DNA of 64,000 nucleotides, taken from Azolla caroliniana (lineage: Eukaryota > Plantae > Polypodiophyta). The DNA is taken from contig JBHGNT010000001.1 of the NCBI GenBank assembly GCA_043228905.1, forward strand, positions 33,728,001 to 33,792,000, given 5' to 3'. A program made the position numbers and the translations under genes. Below the pieces are notes generated by a model. The model did no database searches, was not told the origin of the DNA, and saw only the letters and a program-made list of their open reading frames with translations. The first letter of the stretch is position 1. Every line of letters starts with the position of its first letter. Positions 37,001 through 51,000 of the stretch are shown in pieces.

Positions 37001-40000
37001 CTTTAACTATACTGTAAGAAATGAAACATTTATCCTATTACACAGGATATCATGACCACCTGCCAATTTGGATTTTAAGGTCGTTCATTTACATTATCTC
37101 TACCTATCTGAAGCTTTGTTTTGAGACATAGCAAGAATGAAAGGATTGCCTGAGTGAAATCCTAAAAATCCAGTATGTGTCAAATATAGGTTGATCTTAA
37201 TGAGTTGTCTGTGTCACCAGTCTCCAGAAAGACAAAAATCTTATGCATGCAAAAAAGGCTTAGGATGGAGAGCTCGATGTATGCAACAAAATAGCCAAAC
37301 AACCATATCAATGTATCCATCAGTTTCAATGAATGTTGAATATTGTATATTCCTTTTTGTTGCGATAAGTATGCTTAACCTGGTTGCAATTTGCTAGTGG
37401 CGTTCGACGTGTGCTTATTTAGCAATGGTTCAAAGAAGAGGTTTTTCTTTCTGTACTATGGATGAATGGTAAATCTGCATACCATAAGTACTCATCAAAT
37501 ATACATTTGTGTGATTGGAAGTGTGTTGTTTATCTCCTATATAAGGTTCTTAACTGGCAGAGGAAACATATATTTCCAATTTAAGATAAATTCTGAGGAA
37601 TATCGGCTGATGAAAGACGTTTCCTAGAGAATAAGAGTTGTCTCTCTGGCTATTACGTAAAGTTACTAGCATGAAGGAGATGTGTATTTTCGGTTGAAAT
37701 TGCAAATGTTTGTTATCTTATATTGATCTCCACCTGTATAAAATGAGTTTTATGTTATGCAGTTTCTTAATTATGTCAATCAAAGTTAGGCTGCATGGCA
37801 AATGATTCTTGTACAGATAATGTGCAGTCCTGTTAAAACAAAATTCCATTGTCATGAAGCATATAGGAAATAAAAGTAGGTGTTCCTGGTGGATCCAGTG
37901 TGTGACTCCTAGAATAGAATGGTTCTTGGGATTTATCCATTCGCGGGCTATGGTAATGAGGTACTTTTCATTACAGGTTCTTTGCTATGTTCTACCACAC
38001 TTGATCCGACTACGGAAAGAGGGTGCGGAAGGTGTGAAGAGAATCAAACAGTACACGTGAGTAAGAAATGAATTTTAAATTTAATGATTGTTAGAGGTGC
38101 TAAATGATTAGGCCACTCAAATTCAGGGAGAGATTGGCCCTTGCAATTGCTGTTGTTCAAGCATTAATTATCTCATTTCAATCTGTCCCATATTCAGTGT
38201 ATGCAGCAAATAACAGGTTTGCGAATCTCATTCTGATTTACCATGAGAATTTAAGCTGTGAGTCATATTTCAAAAAAAATCTTTCAAATTCTTTTTTCTT
38301 TATGGAAAATTGATTGCATTTATACTCCAGATTCCGGTATCTGGTTATGAATACCACACTGATGTCTATTGGAGCCTTGTTAATCAATTGGATCTGCAAC
38401 CAGATAACGGATTACGGTTTTGGTAAATAATCTCATTGGGTATATATTTGCATATTTTTTTCCTCTACAGAAATAAGAGGTAGTTGTGCAAATGAAGAAT
38501 CATGTGCATGTTTCAGAGCTTTGACATCAACGTTTTAGATGATATGAAACTGATGAGAAAGATAAAGAATAAACACAAAGAATATCTAGCCACAGCATTA
38601 GTTCACAAATAATATGTTCTTACTCAGGAATGCGAATAACAATCCATAATGGCCGCTAGCCACAATACCACAGCTGGCCCTTTTTCTTGATTACATTTAT
38701 TGACGGAGTGAAACAAATAAACTAGTCTCACAAGTGCATAGTGGTATTAGTATTGATACTCAAAGCACCATGCAATGCTAGTATCTACTCATTTCATTAT
38801 CCTCATGCATAGTGATCGTACTTCTGTTCAAATTCAAAATAGCATGTGCTTATATTTGTATCACCATTATTCAGAACCTAAATCACATATTTCCTTCATC
38901 GTCAGGGGTATTCTTTTAATAATTAAGCATGCACAGAAACATAGCATTTAGATTCAATTTTGGTATGGTTGTGTGGATTATTTCTTACATTTATTCATAT
39001 TGTTATTGCAGGACAGGGACCATCACTATTTATATGTGTAAACATTTTGACAGGCTATGCAGAATCACTATATAAAGTTGTGTCAAGTCTCATAAGTGAG
39101 TTAAATCAGCAGTTCTCTTTTCTTAGGGTATTGGCTGATTTTGTTCATAGGTTGATTATGATAAGACTAATGTTTGGATATTTTCCACAAATGTAATTTT
39201 TTGTTTGGTCTTTTAGGCCATTCAGGCATCCTAAAAGATGTTAATATAGACGTCTTCCTATCATAGGGTATCTGTAGACACACATACATTATATATATCT
39301 GCATATTTATGTCTAGATAGAGATAACACTCTCTATCCATCATGGAAATTATTGTAAACCTAGATAAACTAAACCAAAGTTTACCCTTCATTAACCTAAG
39401 TAGGTAATACAAAGCGACAAAATGTTTGCTAATGTTCTCGTGAAGCTGTCTCACTTACATGCATTCAAAGTCATATATCTCGTTTATGGCCTAATATGGG
39501 ATGCTTGTGTAAATTAATTATTAGGTAATTCTTGTGAGTATTGAGAGCTTATGTGAAGAGTTATGTGAAGAGTTGTAATCTCATGCTAACAATGTCAAAG
39601 GTAAAGTTAAATACATTGAATGGTTTCATTTTGCAAGTCATAGACCAACAGAAAGATTTGGTTGAAGTGTTATGTCCTATATTTGATTCTGAACTGAAGT
39701 AAACTGGAGTTAAATATCCCAGATAAGTTTGTCCCTTAGCTCAGCTCTGAACCTTGAGAAAATCAATGCAGACACATATATACATTTTGCAAACAATCGT
39801 TAGGTTTTTAACTGGGTTTCAGCAGGTCACTTCTAAAGTTCTAAGGTTTCTGTGGTTCACCCACAAGTTTAGGGTTTCAGTAGGTCACATTTGCATTTTA
39901 TTTTTAGCAGTCTTTTGTGGAGAAAATGTGTATCGCCTTCTATCATACAAGCTGCAATCTCCTGCTACTTCCATTGTTTGATTTGTTGGGCTCAAGGACA

Positions 40001-43000
40001 CCTTTTTTTGCACCCGTATGTGTTCTGGCCAACTGGGAAACCTTGAGACATGATAATGATGTGGATACACAGTCCTGAGATTGCAGGGAACCGCCATCTC
40101 CTCTATGAATGAGCATTTGCCATGGTCAACATTGTCCTTTTATTAAAGTTTTTGCATTTTTGTGTCTGTTTTTCGTGGGTCCAAGTGTTCTGACCAACTT
40201 GGACACCTTGATATGATGAGGACGCGCATACACTGCCTGGGGATGCTAGGGAACTGCCATCTTCTTTATGAAACATCCAATTGTGGATTATCTACATGGT
40301 CCGTATGTTTAACCTTTTCTGCACCATTCTGCCTGTTTTATGGGCCCTTCCTAATGTTTCGTCTATGGGGAGATCTCTGTAGCTTCTACTCTTCAGCCAC
40401 ACTTTACCTACTTTAACTTTATATTCCATGATTCAGTATCATTTTTGTATTGATACATCATGCCTTACATACTACGATGTTTATTCTCCTCTCAATTTTC
40501 AAGTTTGTCTTTCTTCATGTGATTCAAATATTGTCAATGTTTTGAGGATTTAAATCCTTAAGATTCATTCATCAAACTTAACTGATATCTTAGAGTGTCA
40601 TTCTCCAATCTTTCAAGTGATAAATACATTAAATGTTCCTGTTTGTTTGCATTTCCTTATGCCATTTCCATTTCCTCATCCTCGTTTCATATTCATTGGA
40701 ACTAACGTAATCTATGCTGGCTCCTTGGTTAACTTATGCTTAGAGCTTGATGTATCAGTCTTTGTGGTTGGAACTTGTGTTCCACACTAGATCCTGTTTC
40801 CTCCACTCTCAGAAGTTCTGAAGACCAAGGATTACCCACTAGAGTTGATGCATTTGAGACATGAAGACATCTTTTTGAAGGGGCAGACTTTTTAGGAATG
40901 AAGAAACTCAACCTCCAAAAATATATAATGTATATTGAATATATTTATATATTACATGTTGAGCTCCTCATTTTTATAATCAAAATACATTTATCATGTT
41001 TAATATTAATATGTCTAATCGTTTTCTCATCCAATTTTGCCGCCCCAGTGAAATGAAGTTCTTGGCTAAATCAATTTTTCTTTTGACAGATGGAGGTGGA
41101 AACTGGGGTCCTACAGTAATTGCTTTGTTTGGATTCTCGTTGTGCTTCACAATATGTGCAGTTTTGACATCCTCAGGCCATCGAAAGGTGAAGCTTCAGT
41201 ATTACAATTTTGGCCTTGCTCCTACGGTTAGGTTAGTCTGAAATTATGTCCCAGTTTTCCTTATAAATCTTATTTTCCGCATTGTTCTGGAAAATTCATG
41301 ATTATATCCTACAACTACTTTCAGCTGATAGTCTGAGAATTGCCAGTATGTGTTTGGTATATTATGAACCTTTGACACCTTGCACTTTGTATTATTTTCC
41401 AGTTCTATGGCTCAATCAGTAACTGAAGTAGAACCATATATCCCGTTCAATATCAATCCAACTGGAATGCAACCGCTTCTTGCAACAACAATATTGATGT
41501 CTCTTCCTGCATTTGTTGCAAGGTCTGTTTTGATATGCACACTTTTTTTGTCGTTTGGATGGTGGTGATTTTCATTTCACATTTTTTGGTGATCTTCAGG
41601 ATATATGAGAATCCGTTCTGGATAAAACTGAAGGATGTCTTAACACCAGGGTCATCCTCAAATCCCTTTCTATACCATCTAATTACTGTGTGCTTCATCA
41701 ACCTGTTCAACATTCTTGACTTGGTATAATAACATTAACAGTTTAACATATAAGGTATGTCATGCGAGGCAAGACACTAATGTTAAGATCTTCCATTCAG
41801 GGGAATGTTCCTGTAGAAGTCAATCAATATTTAATGAAAATTGGGGCAAGGATACCAGGTATCAAGCCTGGGTACCAAACTGTAGACTACCTGACAAAAG
41901 TTCAAGCTTCGACTAGATTCTGGGGTAATATTAATGAAATTAATAGTACTCCATTACAGCTCAAATTTATATAAACCTTTTCCAAATCTATATCAAGTAG
42001 TTCATTATTGTTCAAATTATAGTAACCCCTTCCTCATTATATCAAGTACTTCATTAATTGTCAAATTTATATGAACCCCTTTCAATTTTATATGAAATAC
42101 TCAATTACATTTTTAAACGTTTTTCAGGAGGCTTGATGCTGAGCCTCCTCGTGATAGCATCAACATTTGTTGACAACCAATTCCGTCATCTTCACCATGG
42201 TGATACAATTGGATTTACGTCAATGCTGATAATTGTAAGTCTAATTTCATCATCATCAATATTCAACTTCTCTACACTTTAATAATTTCTTGATCTTTAG
42301 AAGTATGCTGGTTGCACTTCATTTTGATGCTATCTTTTATTTTATTTTCATACAAAGGATAGGTTTCTCCTAAAAAACTTTAGTTTCATGGAAGAAAGGG
42401 TCCACACATTCTCGTTTGGATCAAGTATTCTCTATAAAACAGTGATTGATCACATGTAAACATATTCCAAATCTGGTTTGCTGTGCATGCAGTGGTCGTG
42501 TGTACTTGTCCTAGACATTATTGTCTTTTGATCATTAAAACAACGGATGAAGCAATAATATGCCTAGACTTAATAAGCTGAGTGTCTACAGTTAATATGA
42601 CCTATGTATGTTCTCTTAACTCTAGGTTAGACATCCTGACCGAGGCAATAACAGATGCTTTTGCAATAGTGACCTGATGATTTATAATACTCTTTTGACT
42701 TAATAAGCTGAGTCTCTACAGTTAATATGACCTATGTATGTTCTCTTAACTCTACGTTAGACATCCTGACCGAGGCTATAACAGATGCTTCTGCAATAGT
42801 GACCTGATGATTTATAATACTCTTTTGTGGGGTTTCATCTCACACTTGAGGCTCGATCACACAGCATGGGCATATAATACAAGGCATTCAGAGGTTCTAT
42901 ATCAAGTTCCCATGCCACGTTTACATGCAGAAGCCTGTCTAAAGGATTGCCGAATCTTTGATAGGCCCTTTCTGACATTGGCAGAGCACAATGAACATTT

Positions 43001-43714
43001 GGAATAGGAAATCACTATTTTTTTGATTACTCAGGAAGTGAAGACCAAAAACTGAATGAAAAGGTTAACTGACACATGATCCTTGAGTTGACATCTGGCG
43101 TAATGAATAATGTTTGGAACATGCAAACAACAATTTTTGGTTACTCAGGAAATGAAGACTAAAAGCAATGTCAAGGATGGAGTGATATTGCAATGTCTTA
43201 GGGTCATAACTTATCCTCCACAATTTCAGAAAAGATGAAGGTATACTTCATCTACAATGGAGTGGTGCACAAACATGACACCTTTAAAATCACTCGTCAC
43301 TTACACCTCTGGTGGGGTTTTTTACCTGTATTTTACTTTTGGCATCTTCTTAGTGCCAGCATATCCTGTTGGTGAAAACTTCTTGAACTGGGCGGGTCTG
43401 TTTTCTTGATGTCTCTCAAAGTCTTTAATTATCTTCGTATGGGAGACTAATTCAGACTTTCAAATTCTCACTGTTACATGTCCTTTCTTTAAATGATTGT
43501 AATCTTCAGACGGATATAATGAGTGACATAAGGAAAAAGATTCAGTGATTTGGTTTTTCATCTAACATTGAGAATTTCCCATGGTTTACAAATAAATTGA
43601 TTGATGAATTCTTAACTTTTGCAGGTAGGTTCGATATTAGATTTGAGAAGAACATACGTGGCATATAATGTTATGCCTTCACTTAGTAAAGTATTGAAAG
43701 GCCTGGAGTCCTAA
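33912..43714 (+). CDS. SCY2: Plastid preprotein translocase subunit SecY2 (SEC2 system)
   Basis: In-frame exons: 33912-33957, 35445-35538, 36022-36062, 36187-36648, 36766-36854, 37977-38056, 38127-38216, 38331-38422, 39012-39095, 41090-41231, 41403-41522, 41600-41723, 41801-41924, 42128-42234, 43625-43714. Motifs: FFRSEIRQR, FIPLPGFDRR, LSLFQLGIGP, YIPFNINPTGMQP, GARIPGIKPG, IGFTSMLIIVGS, YNVMPSLSK. The first three small exons are less certain. Confidence 0.92.
33962..34036. repeat. Compound (CA)n/(CGCA)n microsatellite at start of SCY2 intron 1
   Basis: cacacaca... followed by cgcacgca... Confidence 0.9.
34190..35060 (+). mobile_element. Degenerate LINE (L1-type) reverse transcriptase remnant in SCY2 intron 1
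   Basis: LIVLLLSFEEAYDKV resembles the L1 RT LDFEKAYDRV motif; a decayed QG.PLS-like segment lies near 34535; frames are broken. Confidence 0.5.
40021..40272. repeat. Diverged ~88-bp direct repeat pair (165-bp spacing) in SCY2 intron
   Basis: tgttctg.ccaact.gg..accttga...tgc.agggaac.gccatct.ct.tatgaa occurs twice. Confidence 0.75.
42567..42826. repeat. 130-bp near-identical tandem duplication in last SCY2 intron
   Basis: gacttaataagctgagt...gatttataatactctttt at 42567 and 42697, with few substitutions. Confidence 0.92.
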
Positions 43715-45001
43715 CAAAATTTACTTGGTGATTACAAAACAAAAGTCGTGTATTCATTACTTGGCAAAGTATTGAAAGGTCTGGAGGCCTAAAATTCTAT
43801 ATTGTTCTGATGAGGTTTAGGTGATTACAAAACAACAGTTATGTGTATTCATTGGTGCAATTCAGAATTTGTATCTTTAGCAAACTGTAAATGTACCATC
43901 GTTTTGCATTTTCAAATACATTATCCTCCAGCCTTTGGAAACGTGGTGGTTCTACACATGCATTGGAGAAATCTGGTTTTTGTTACCCTTCCAGTAATTG
44001 TTCTTGGAATCCATTTGTATTAATGCTAAACATACGACTGGGAAAGAGCAATTTCATGTTCCATTTCATAACACAGACAGAGCCTTCAGGATTCTATGCT
44101 CCAATCATTGACTGCCTGAGAATGTTGAATTGTGTTCACTATTTGCTGGGTACATAATTGTTGGCGTAATCCAGAAGATGGAAGTAACAAGTAGACAGAA
44201 TTATAAGGTTGCTCATGATAACAGTTGCTCACATTTATAATTTGCAAATGCTATGGTTGCTCATAACAGTTGAAAGGCAGGTATGATGTCCTGTGAGAAG
44301 TGCAACGATTGAAATTTGATTTTTAGTAGTGGAACAGGCGTTATGTTCCTAATTGATTAAGAAACCACCAATTCATTTGAATTGATGACTTCAATTGGTT
44401 CGTCTCACCATTTTTTTCATTGTCATCCTTACCAATGATAAGTCCAATTTCTTTTCAAGCAATCTTCAAGGATTAATGTGTTTTTTACCAATCAATAATA
44501 TTTCTTCTGTGTCTAAATCCATATAAACTAACTCAGAATTTAATTTGCATGATCAATTTCAAATCCATTACCTATTGAAATATATAATCCAAAGTTCTGA
44601 CAAATTTTTCAACAGAAGTTACAGTTATACAATACAACGGAATTTGAGGAAGCGAATGTGATTAAAAATTAAATATTAAAGATGCTGAGTAGATTTTATC
44701 AGTAATTCAGTAATTCCAGGGCACAAGAAATAAAACTCATAGATCTTATCAGTAATTCAAAATTTCCAAGGCACAAGGCTCTAAGACAACTTAGAAACAA
44801 CTAACGGTGACCTTGTCAAGAGATTAGTTCTTTTTTTAATGATAAAATACCATAAAGTCAACAATCAACCAGAAAGTTAATTTTGAGTTGTGATTTGTGC
44901 ATACGAAATGCCTCTCCTCAACCCAATCTGCCGTTTCTACAACTTATCTAAACTCACTTCTCTTCGCAGCTTTAAAAAAATTCTGATGGAAAACATCAGA
45001 T

Positions 45002-48000
45002 TCATAGCAACGGTTCAATGTTGATTTCTAATATTGAGCATGGATCTGGGATAAGAAAATTTTGTAGTACCTGGTACACAAGAAAGACATGACAAGAAAA
45101 TTTGTTTAAAGAATGAAATTAGCCTCCATATTTTTCACATCAACCAGAATCTACTGGCTCTAATCCCCATGTACGGTTATCCATGCTTAACCTCTAAATC
45201 TCTACCCCCACATAGCACACACTCTGGAATATAATAAACATTCCATACTCAAACTTGAAAAAAAGCATTTACTTACTTCTGGATGTACGATACCAAATGT
45301 TCCAATTCGTGATCCCTTGCAAAATATATCTGCTTGTCGTCCTGGGAAGAACTCTGGTTCCTGTCACCATCATTCATTTTTCTTTGTGACTCCTTAGTAT
45401 CATATTTGAATTAAAATATTTTAGATATGATATTTGAGTTGCAGATTATTACCATGGCAGGTTGGATATAATATCCTGAATTATCTCCAACTGATACAGG
45501 ATTCACACCAACGACTTGCATGATTCTATCTACTAAACCATGAATCACCTGCAAATTACTAGGTCATTTCAATGTTTCTGGCCTAAGATTAATTTACCTA
45601 ATTGACAATTTTTTGAAGGTCTCACGAGAAAAACGCAATTTACACAGGCAAGTTTTAAATTTATTATTATCGACCTGTTATTACAATAAAAGAGGAAAAC
45701 CAACCTCAAAGCCTGAGTTGACATTGCAGTATAAAGCTGCTAAATGCCTCTCATTCTTAGCACCGACATCTTTACTAGGGTCTAACAGAACAACATCCGA
45801 GAGCTCAAATAACTGCATGTAGAAGGACATCAAGTTTCAAACTCTACTAATCAGACAGTAACAGTCTGTGGCAGAGTTCTGAAGAGAAACCTTCACAGGA
45901 CGAGGATGATCCTTATTATGCCCCAATGTCTTTAGAATCCCTGGCAAGAGACTGCTACGCACTACCTAAGAATGGAACAGAAGAGGTTATATCCATCCTT
46001 TATATCAAGTACTGTTTTCGTGAATATATCATCACACCTCAAATTCACTGGTACGAGGATTTCCCACGACAACTGCATCACAATCTTTGCGCTTCACCAA
46101 GTTAAAATTCTCATCAAGTGAACTTAATATCCAAGTAAGGACTTCTGTAAACCCAGCCATTGCAACCTGAAAATAACTCATAATTTGTTATGCGAATTAC
46201 CTCAATTAATTCTGGGGTTCATACTAATGGAGTAGAACTGAACTGATGGATGTGATACTTATAAAGGGCCACAAAGTTTTCTGACCATATATACCAAACA
46301 ATGAAGGGATCAGACCACATATACCTCTGCCCTTAGAGAATCACTAAACTGATTTAAAGGTTGCAGCTTTCCTTGGGTAACACATTTTGGTATTGTTTGT
46401 TTTATGTTGTTAAAACCATACCCAATCGCAACATCCTGGAAAAACAAAAAATTTCTTTAATGAGATCTTATTATAATGTAAGATTCATGAACATATAAGA
46501 TTGGTTTATAATGAAATGCCTAAAGAATTACGCCCTCAAGCTAGAATAGAAAGCTACAAAATGTTTTTACCTCCATAATGTCACATGGATGTAGAACATC
46601 ACTTCTTGTGGGTGGCACTGATATACGAATCAGTTCATTTCTGTCCTCCAGAGAGGGAGTTTTTGTTGCAGAAAGCTGCATTCTGTTTAGAATTTTTATC
46701 ACCTGCCAATAGAATAACATTAAGAGTAAACACCTATGATATATGAAATTTAATGTCTAGAAAAAGAATTTCTTACCTGATTTGTTTCAAATTCCACACC
46801 TACAGCACTGGAGATATAAGGCAAGCTCACTTCCATGCTCCTTGAGGACAGATCTGGATAAATACTTGAGATTCCATTAGCAGATATAACCTCCACAGGT
46901 TCAACCTCAAACTTATTTGTACAATACTCAGAAAATGTCGTCACCTGTAAAAACGTGCAAAAGTTTTTCTACATGCATAATATAGAGTATTTTGCTTAAT
47001 TATCTAATTTCCCCAGTATTCGAGAAATATAAATGCTATCAGAGGATGCCATCAAGCATTCCATATCGAAATTAAATAGTCACTGCACAACATTACAAAA
47101 GAACAGTTTCGTGGTTGGACATGCACGAGCACTATCATTCTAAGACATCATGGCCTTTAAATAAGCTTCTAATTGAAAGGTATTTAAACTTATCTAATCA
47201 TCATCTTTCTTCTCCTCCTCCTTTTTGTTCGCCTTATGTTCTTTCCCTTCTAATTGAAAGGAACTATTTTATACTTAGGATGTCCACACCAGTGACAACC
47301 TAGGGTTCTGAAAATTATATCTCCTCTTTTCTTTTCATTATCAGAAACAAGTGAGTAGGTAGATCTTGATTCTTATAGACATTTGCTAATACTAAATCTG
47401 ACTTTCTTTCATGGTTCAGGATTGTTCTAGTATAATCCATCCAAAGCAGCAAATTTGACTTGACAAAAGTAAGCAGTTTTGCAGCAGACAGGTGATCTGA
47501 TTGACGCTGGAGGTCTGTCTATCATAGAAAGTGTCAAACACATACATAAAAACACAATATATAATCTGTTTTAAGGTGTCAAAAACAAGACCATATTCCA
47601 AGATATTATATCCCTAGATAGTGATGATCTTTTCTTAGCAATGAAATGACATGAAATTAAAAATAGCGTCTTCAAAATGCCAAAGTGACAGATGAGATCA
47701 AGGGTTTCTCTTTGTAGATCTTATGTAGCCTGTAAAGTCAACTGAATCAAAGGCTTCTATGTGTAACTCGGCCGTGATCAAAATAAGATGATATGGGAAC
47801 AGTGGGTAGAAGTCAGATTAATCAACGATTTATTAAATCCAAATGCAAAAGGCATCTTACCATTGTGTTTAGAACAATCTTAGCTTTAGTCAAATCTGTT
47901 GCAGTGCACTCAATGAATACGTTCTTTGTGTTTAGAGTGATTGCAGAATGTGCACCATTTATGATTGGCGGTAATGAAAGCACCGTCCTGACAATACCAC

Positions 48001-51000
48001 GTTCTTGTAAATAGCAAGAAGTTTCAGAAGCATTTACTTAGTATCACACACCCATTTAAATTTGGCAACTCTTTGTTAAAAAGCTGCTGTCCATCTTTTT
48101 TCAAGTATCTAATACAAACCTTTTGCTGTCATAAATTACTGGATACACAGGGGATCCCTCAATAATATGTAAAAACTTCTTCAGTTTTGTATCACTCTGC
48201 AGCAAAGAAGAAACAGATTTACAAGAGATATAGCCTTAGAAAAGCATTCCGTATTTTATATATTGTAAACATCCTTACTTTATAGAATTCCATTAGTTCC
48301 TCTGCTGTGTATTCTTTTGTCTGCAGACATTGAGGTCTCAGTAATTTGGTCATGTTCGATTAGTAAAAGCTGTGGATGAGTTCGGGAAGTGCAAATTTTA
48401 CCTGTTTAAGAGGAATGAATCTGATATCTGAAGGAGGTAATGCCTGAAACAAAATATTTTCTTAAGCTTCAGCTGTGTTAAAATAATAAAGCCTCATTTA
48501 AAAAAAACTATATAACTCTATGGCACATGCCTCGTATGAAAATGGTCCTACTAATGTATCCAAATCATGAGTACCAATAGCAACTAGTGTTCTTCGCCTA
48601 CAAAAGTAAACAGAGACACATAAGACAGAAAATTTAGAATTTGAGCCACAATTAAAAAATTTGTTTATTTTAACAAAGTTGCGTAGTACTTTGATGAGAA
48701 AATGGAAGCAGAATGGAAATAAGACTTTCAACAATTAGGCAAGGAACATAAACATATAACTATGATTATTAATGAAAATATATTACTGAAACATGACAAT
48801 TTGTTACTTTTGTTGACATAAAGCACAGGATATATTTTACTAGTAATATTACGAGAGAAGAAAAGACTCTATACATATATTAGAATGAGAAATAGAGTTA
48901 TATGCAAATTTATTTATTTATTTTCTTGGGGTAGGGGCATGGACGGACCATGGGATGTGAAATTGACAAATACCTATAAGTGCATCTAATAAGTTACTGA
49001 GACACACTAAGAAATGCATGGACTGATAAAAACATACCCTGAGAAGTAGCTACTGCATTAAGTAAGCATTACGTCAAACTAAATTCCAACCTCATGCAGA
49101 AAGTTTCAAATTTACAATTACCTGCAAAGATTCTGATGTAGCTTATCTTGCAAGTCTATGAAGCTGTTATATCGTGCTTCATCAAAGGTAATTCCTCTCA
49201 AGATAGCACAAACTACAAAAGGCCTTATCAAGGCTGTCTGCAAGAAGAAAAAAGTCCACATTTAAACAGAGTTAAGACATGCACGCATAGGGAAACTAAA
49301 TAAATAATCGGTAGGGCTCTTCCAGAAAAAGATAAATCCAAAAAACTATTCAAAGCAAACTCAGGTTATTTGAGTGAGGACAAATTATTTTTCAAGTTAA
49401 GCTGAGAAGAATATGAGATCAATTTTTAATCGAACATGACCAAATTACTGAGATCTCAATGTCTGAAGACAAATTATTTTCAAACAAAGGCATCAAAAGA
49501 ATGCTGCTTGAAGAAGCATAATAAAATGTACAGAAAGACCTTAAAAATAAAGGGAAACAATTTTTATGTTAACGACCATGTAATTACCTCTGCCTTTACT
49601 TGCACCTTAACCAAAGATGCAGATGACATATCACAGACATGAAATCTTGGAACCTGCTCCATCTCTTTAAATATGCGGAGGGATCTGGCAAGGCCTTCAA
49701 GACTGAGTAGATCATACCTAGAAGCAATAAACAGGAGAATATTGTGGATTATGAATTCCCAAGAGGAAGAAATAAAGCTGTTCACATCATTACAGGCAAT
49801 TGATTATTATAGAAGCCAAGTCCTCAATCAGATCATATTTTAAATAGATTACCGGAAGAACCTCATCTCATTATTTTTGAAGCAAGTCATATCAGCTTGT
49901 AGCTAAACATATTATTGCAAGTACATCCCTATGATATGATAACCAATAATAGAACCTACATAAATATTCTATGAATGCTTTCTCCAGCACACTACGGTTG
50001 ACAGGAGAATATTGTGGATTATGAATTCCCAAGAGGAAGAAATAAAGCTGTTCACATCATTACAGGCAATTGATTATTATAGAAGCCAAGTCCTCAATCA
50101 GATCATATTTTAAATAGATTACCGGAAGAACCTCATCTCATTATTTTTGAAGCAAGTCATATCAGCTTGTAGCTAAACATATTATCGCAAGTACATCCCT
50201 ATGATATGATAACCAATAATAGAACCTAGATAAATATTCTATGAATGCTTTCTCCAGCACACTATGGTTGACACATATTTCTTCAGCTCAGATCCTTAGT
50301 TAAGGTCAATGATACCTGTTTGCTGGAATCTCAATTTTGTAAATAATCTCTTCACCTTCCTCAGCTTCCTCATCAAGATGCTTTTCCTTTCGTACGATGG
50401 CCTTCTCTGTAGTCTAGACCACCAAACATATCTAATCTTAGCAGTTGTAGTATATGATTGAATCCTTTCCAAGAAATATATTAATGCATTCTTACGATAT
50501 CATCCAGCTCAATTCCAAAGTCGAAGCAAAGTTCATCAAATTCGTCATCAGCTATACATTTAACAGTATCAATCCAAAGTAATATTAGAATAATTGATTT
50601 GATTAGAAGAAAAACATAGCAAAAAGTCATTTCTAAGTCACCGTATTTTATATTTTCTTATTCTTAATGCACACTAGAACCAATACATCATCACATTTCT
50701 ACCATCATATGACATGGGAAAGATATTATAATGTTTCTACCAGATTTCGATCAGATTAAATGTTTACAAAATCATTCAAATAAAGCAGATCATTATAGAC
50801 ACAAATATTTTCGAAACCTCTGGATACAAAATAAGATTATGATAGGTGAATATCTAAACAATGAATCCAATAAAAACATGGCCACTGTTATGTGTTGTAA
50901 ATAAATAAATCTTCTTGAATGGTTAATTTCTCTGAATACAAAACAAGATGATGATAGGTGTATATCTAAACAATGAATCCAATAAAAACATGGCCACTGT

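Noticed and set aside
42670-42775. Possible box C/D snoRNA (TGATGA ... CTGA)
   Set aside because: The box order arises only across the junction of the 130-bp duplication; there is no terminal stem or recognisable rRNA guide.
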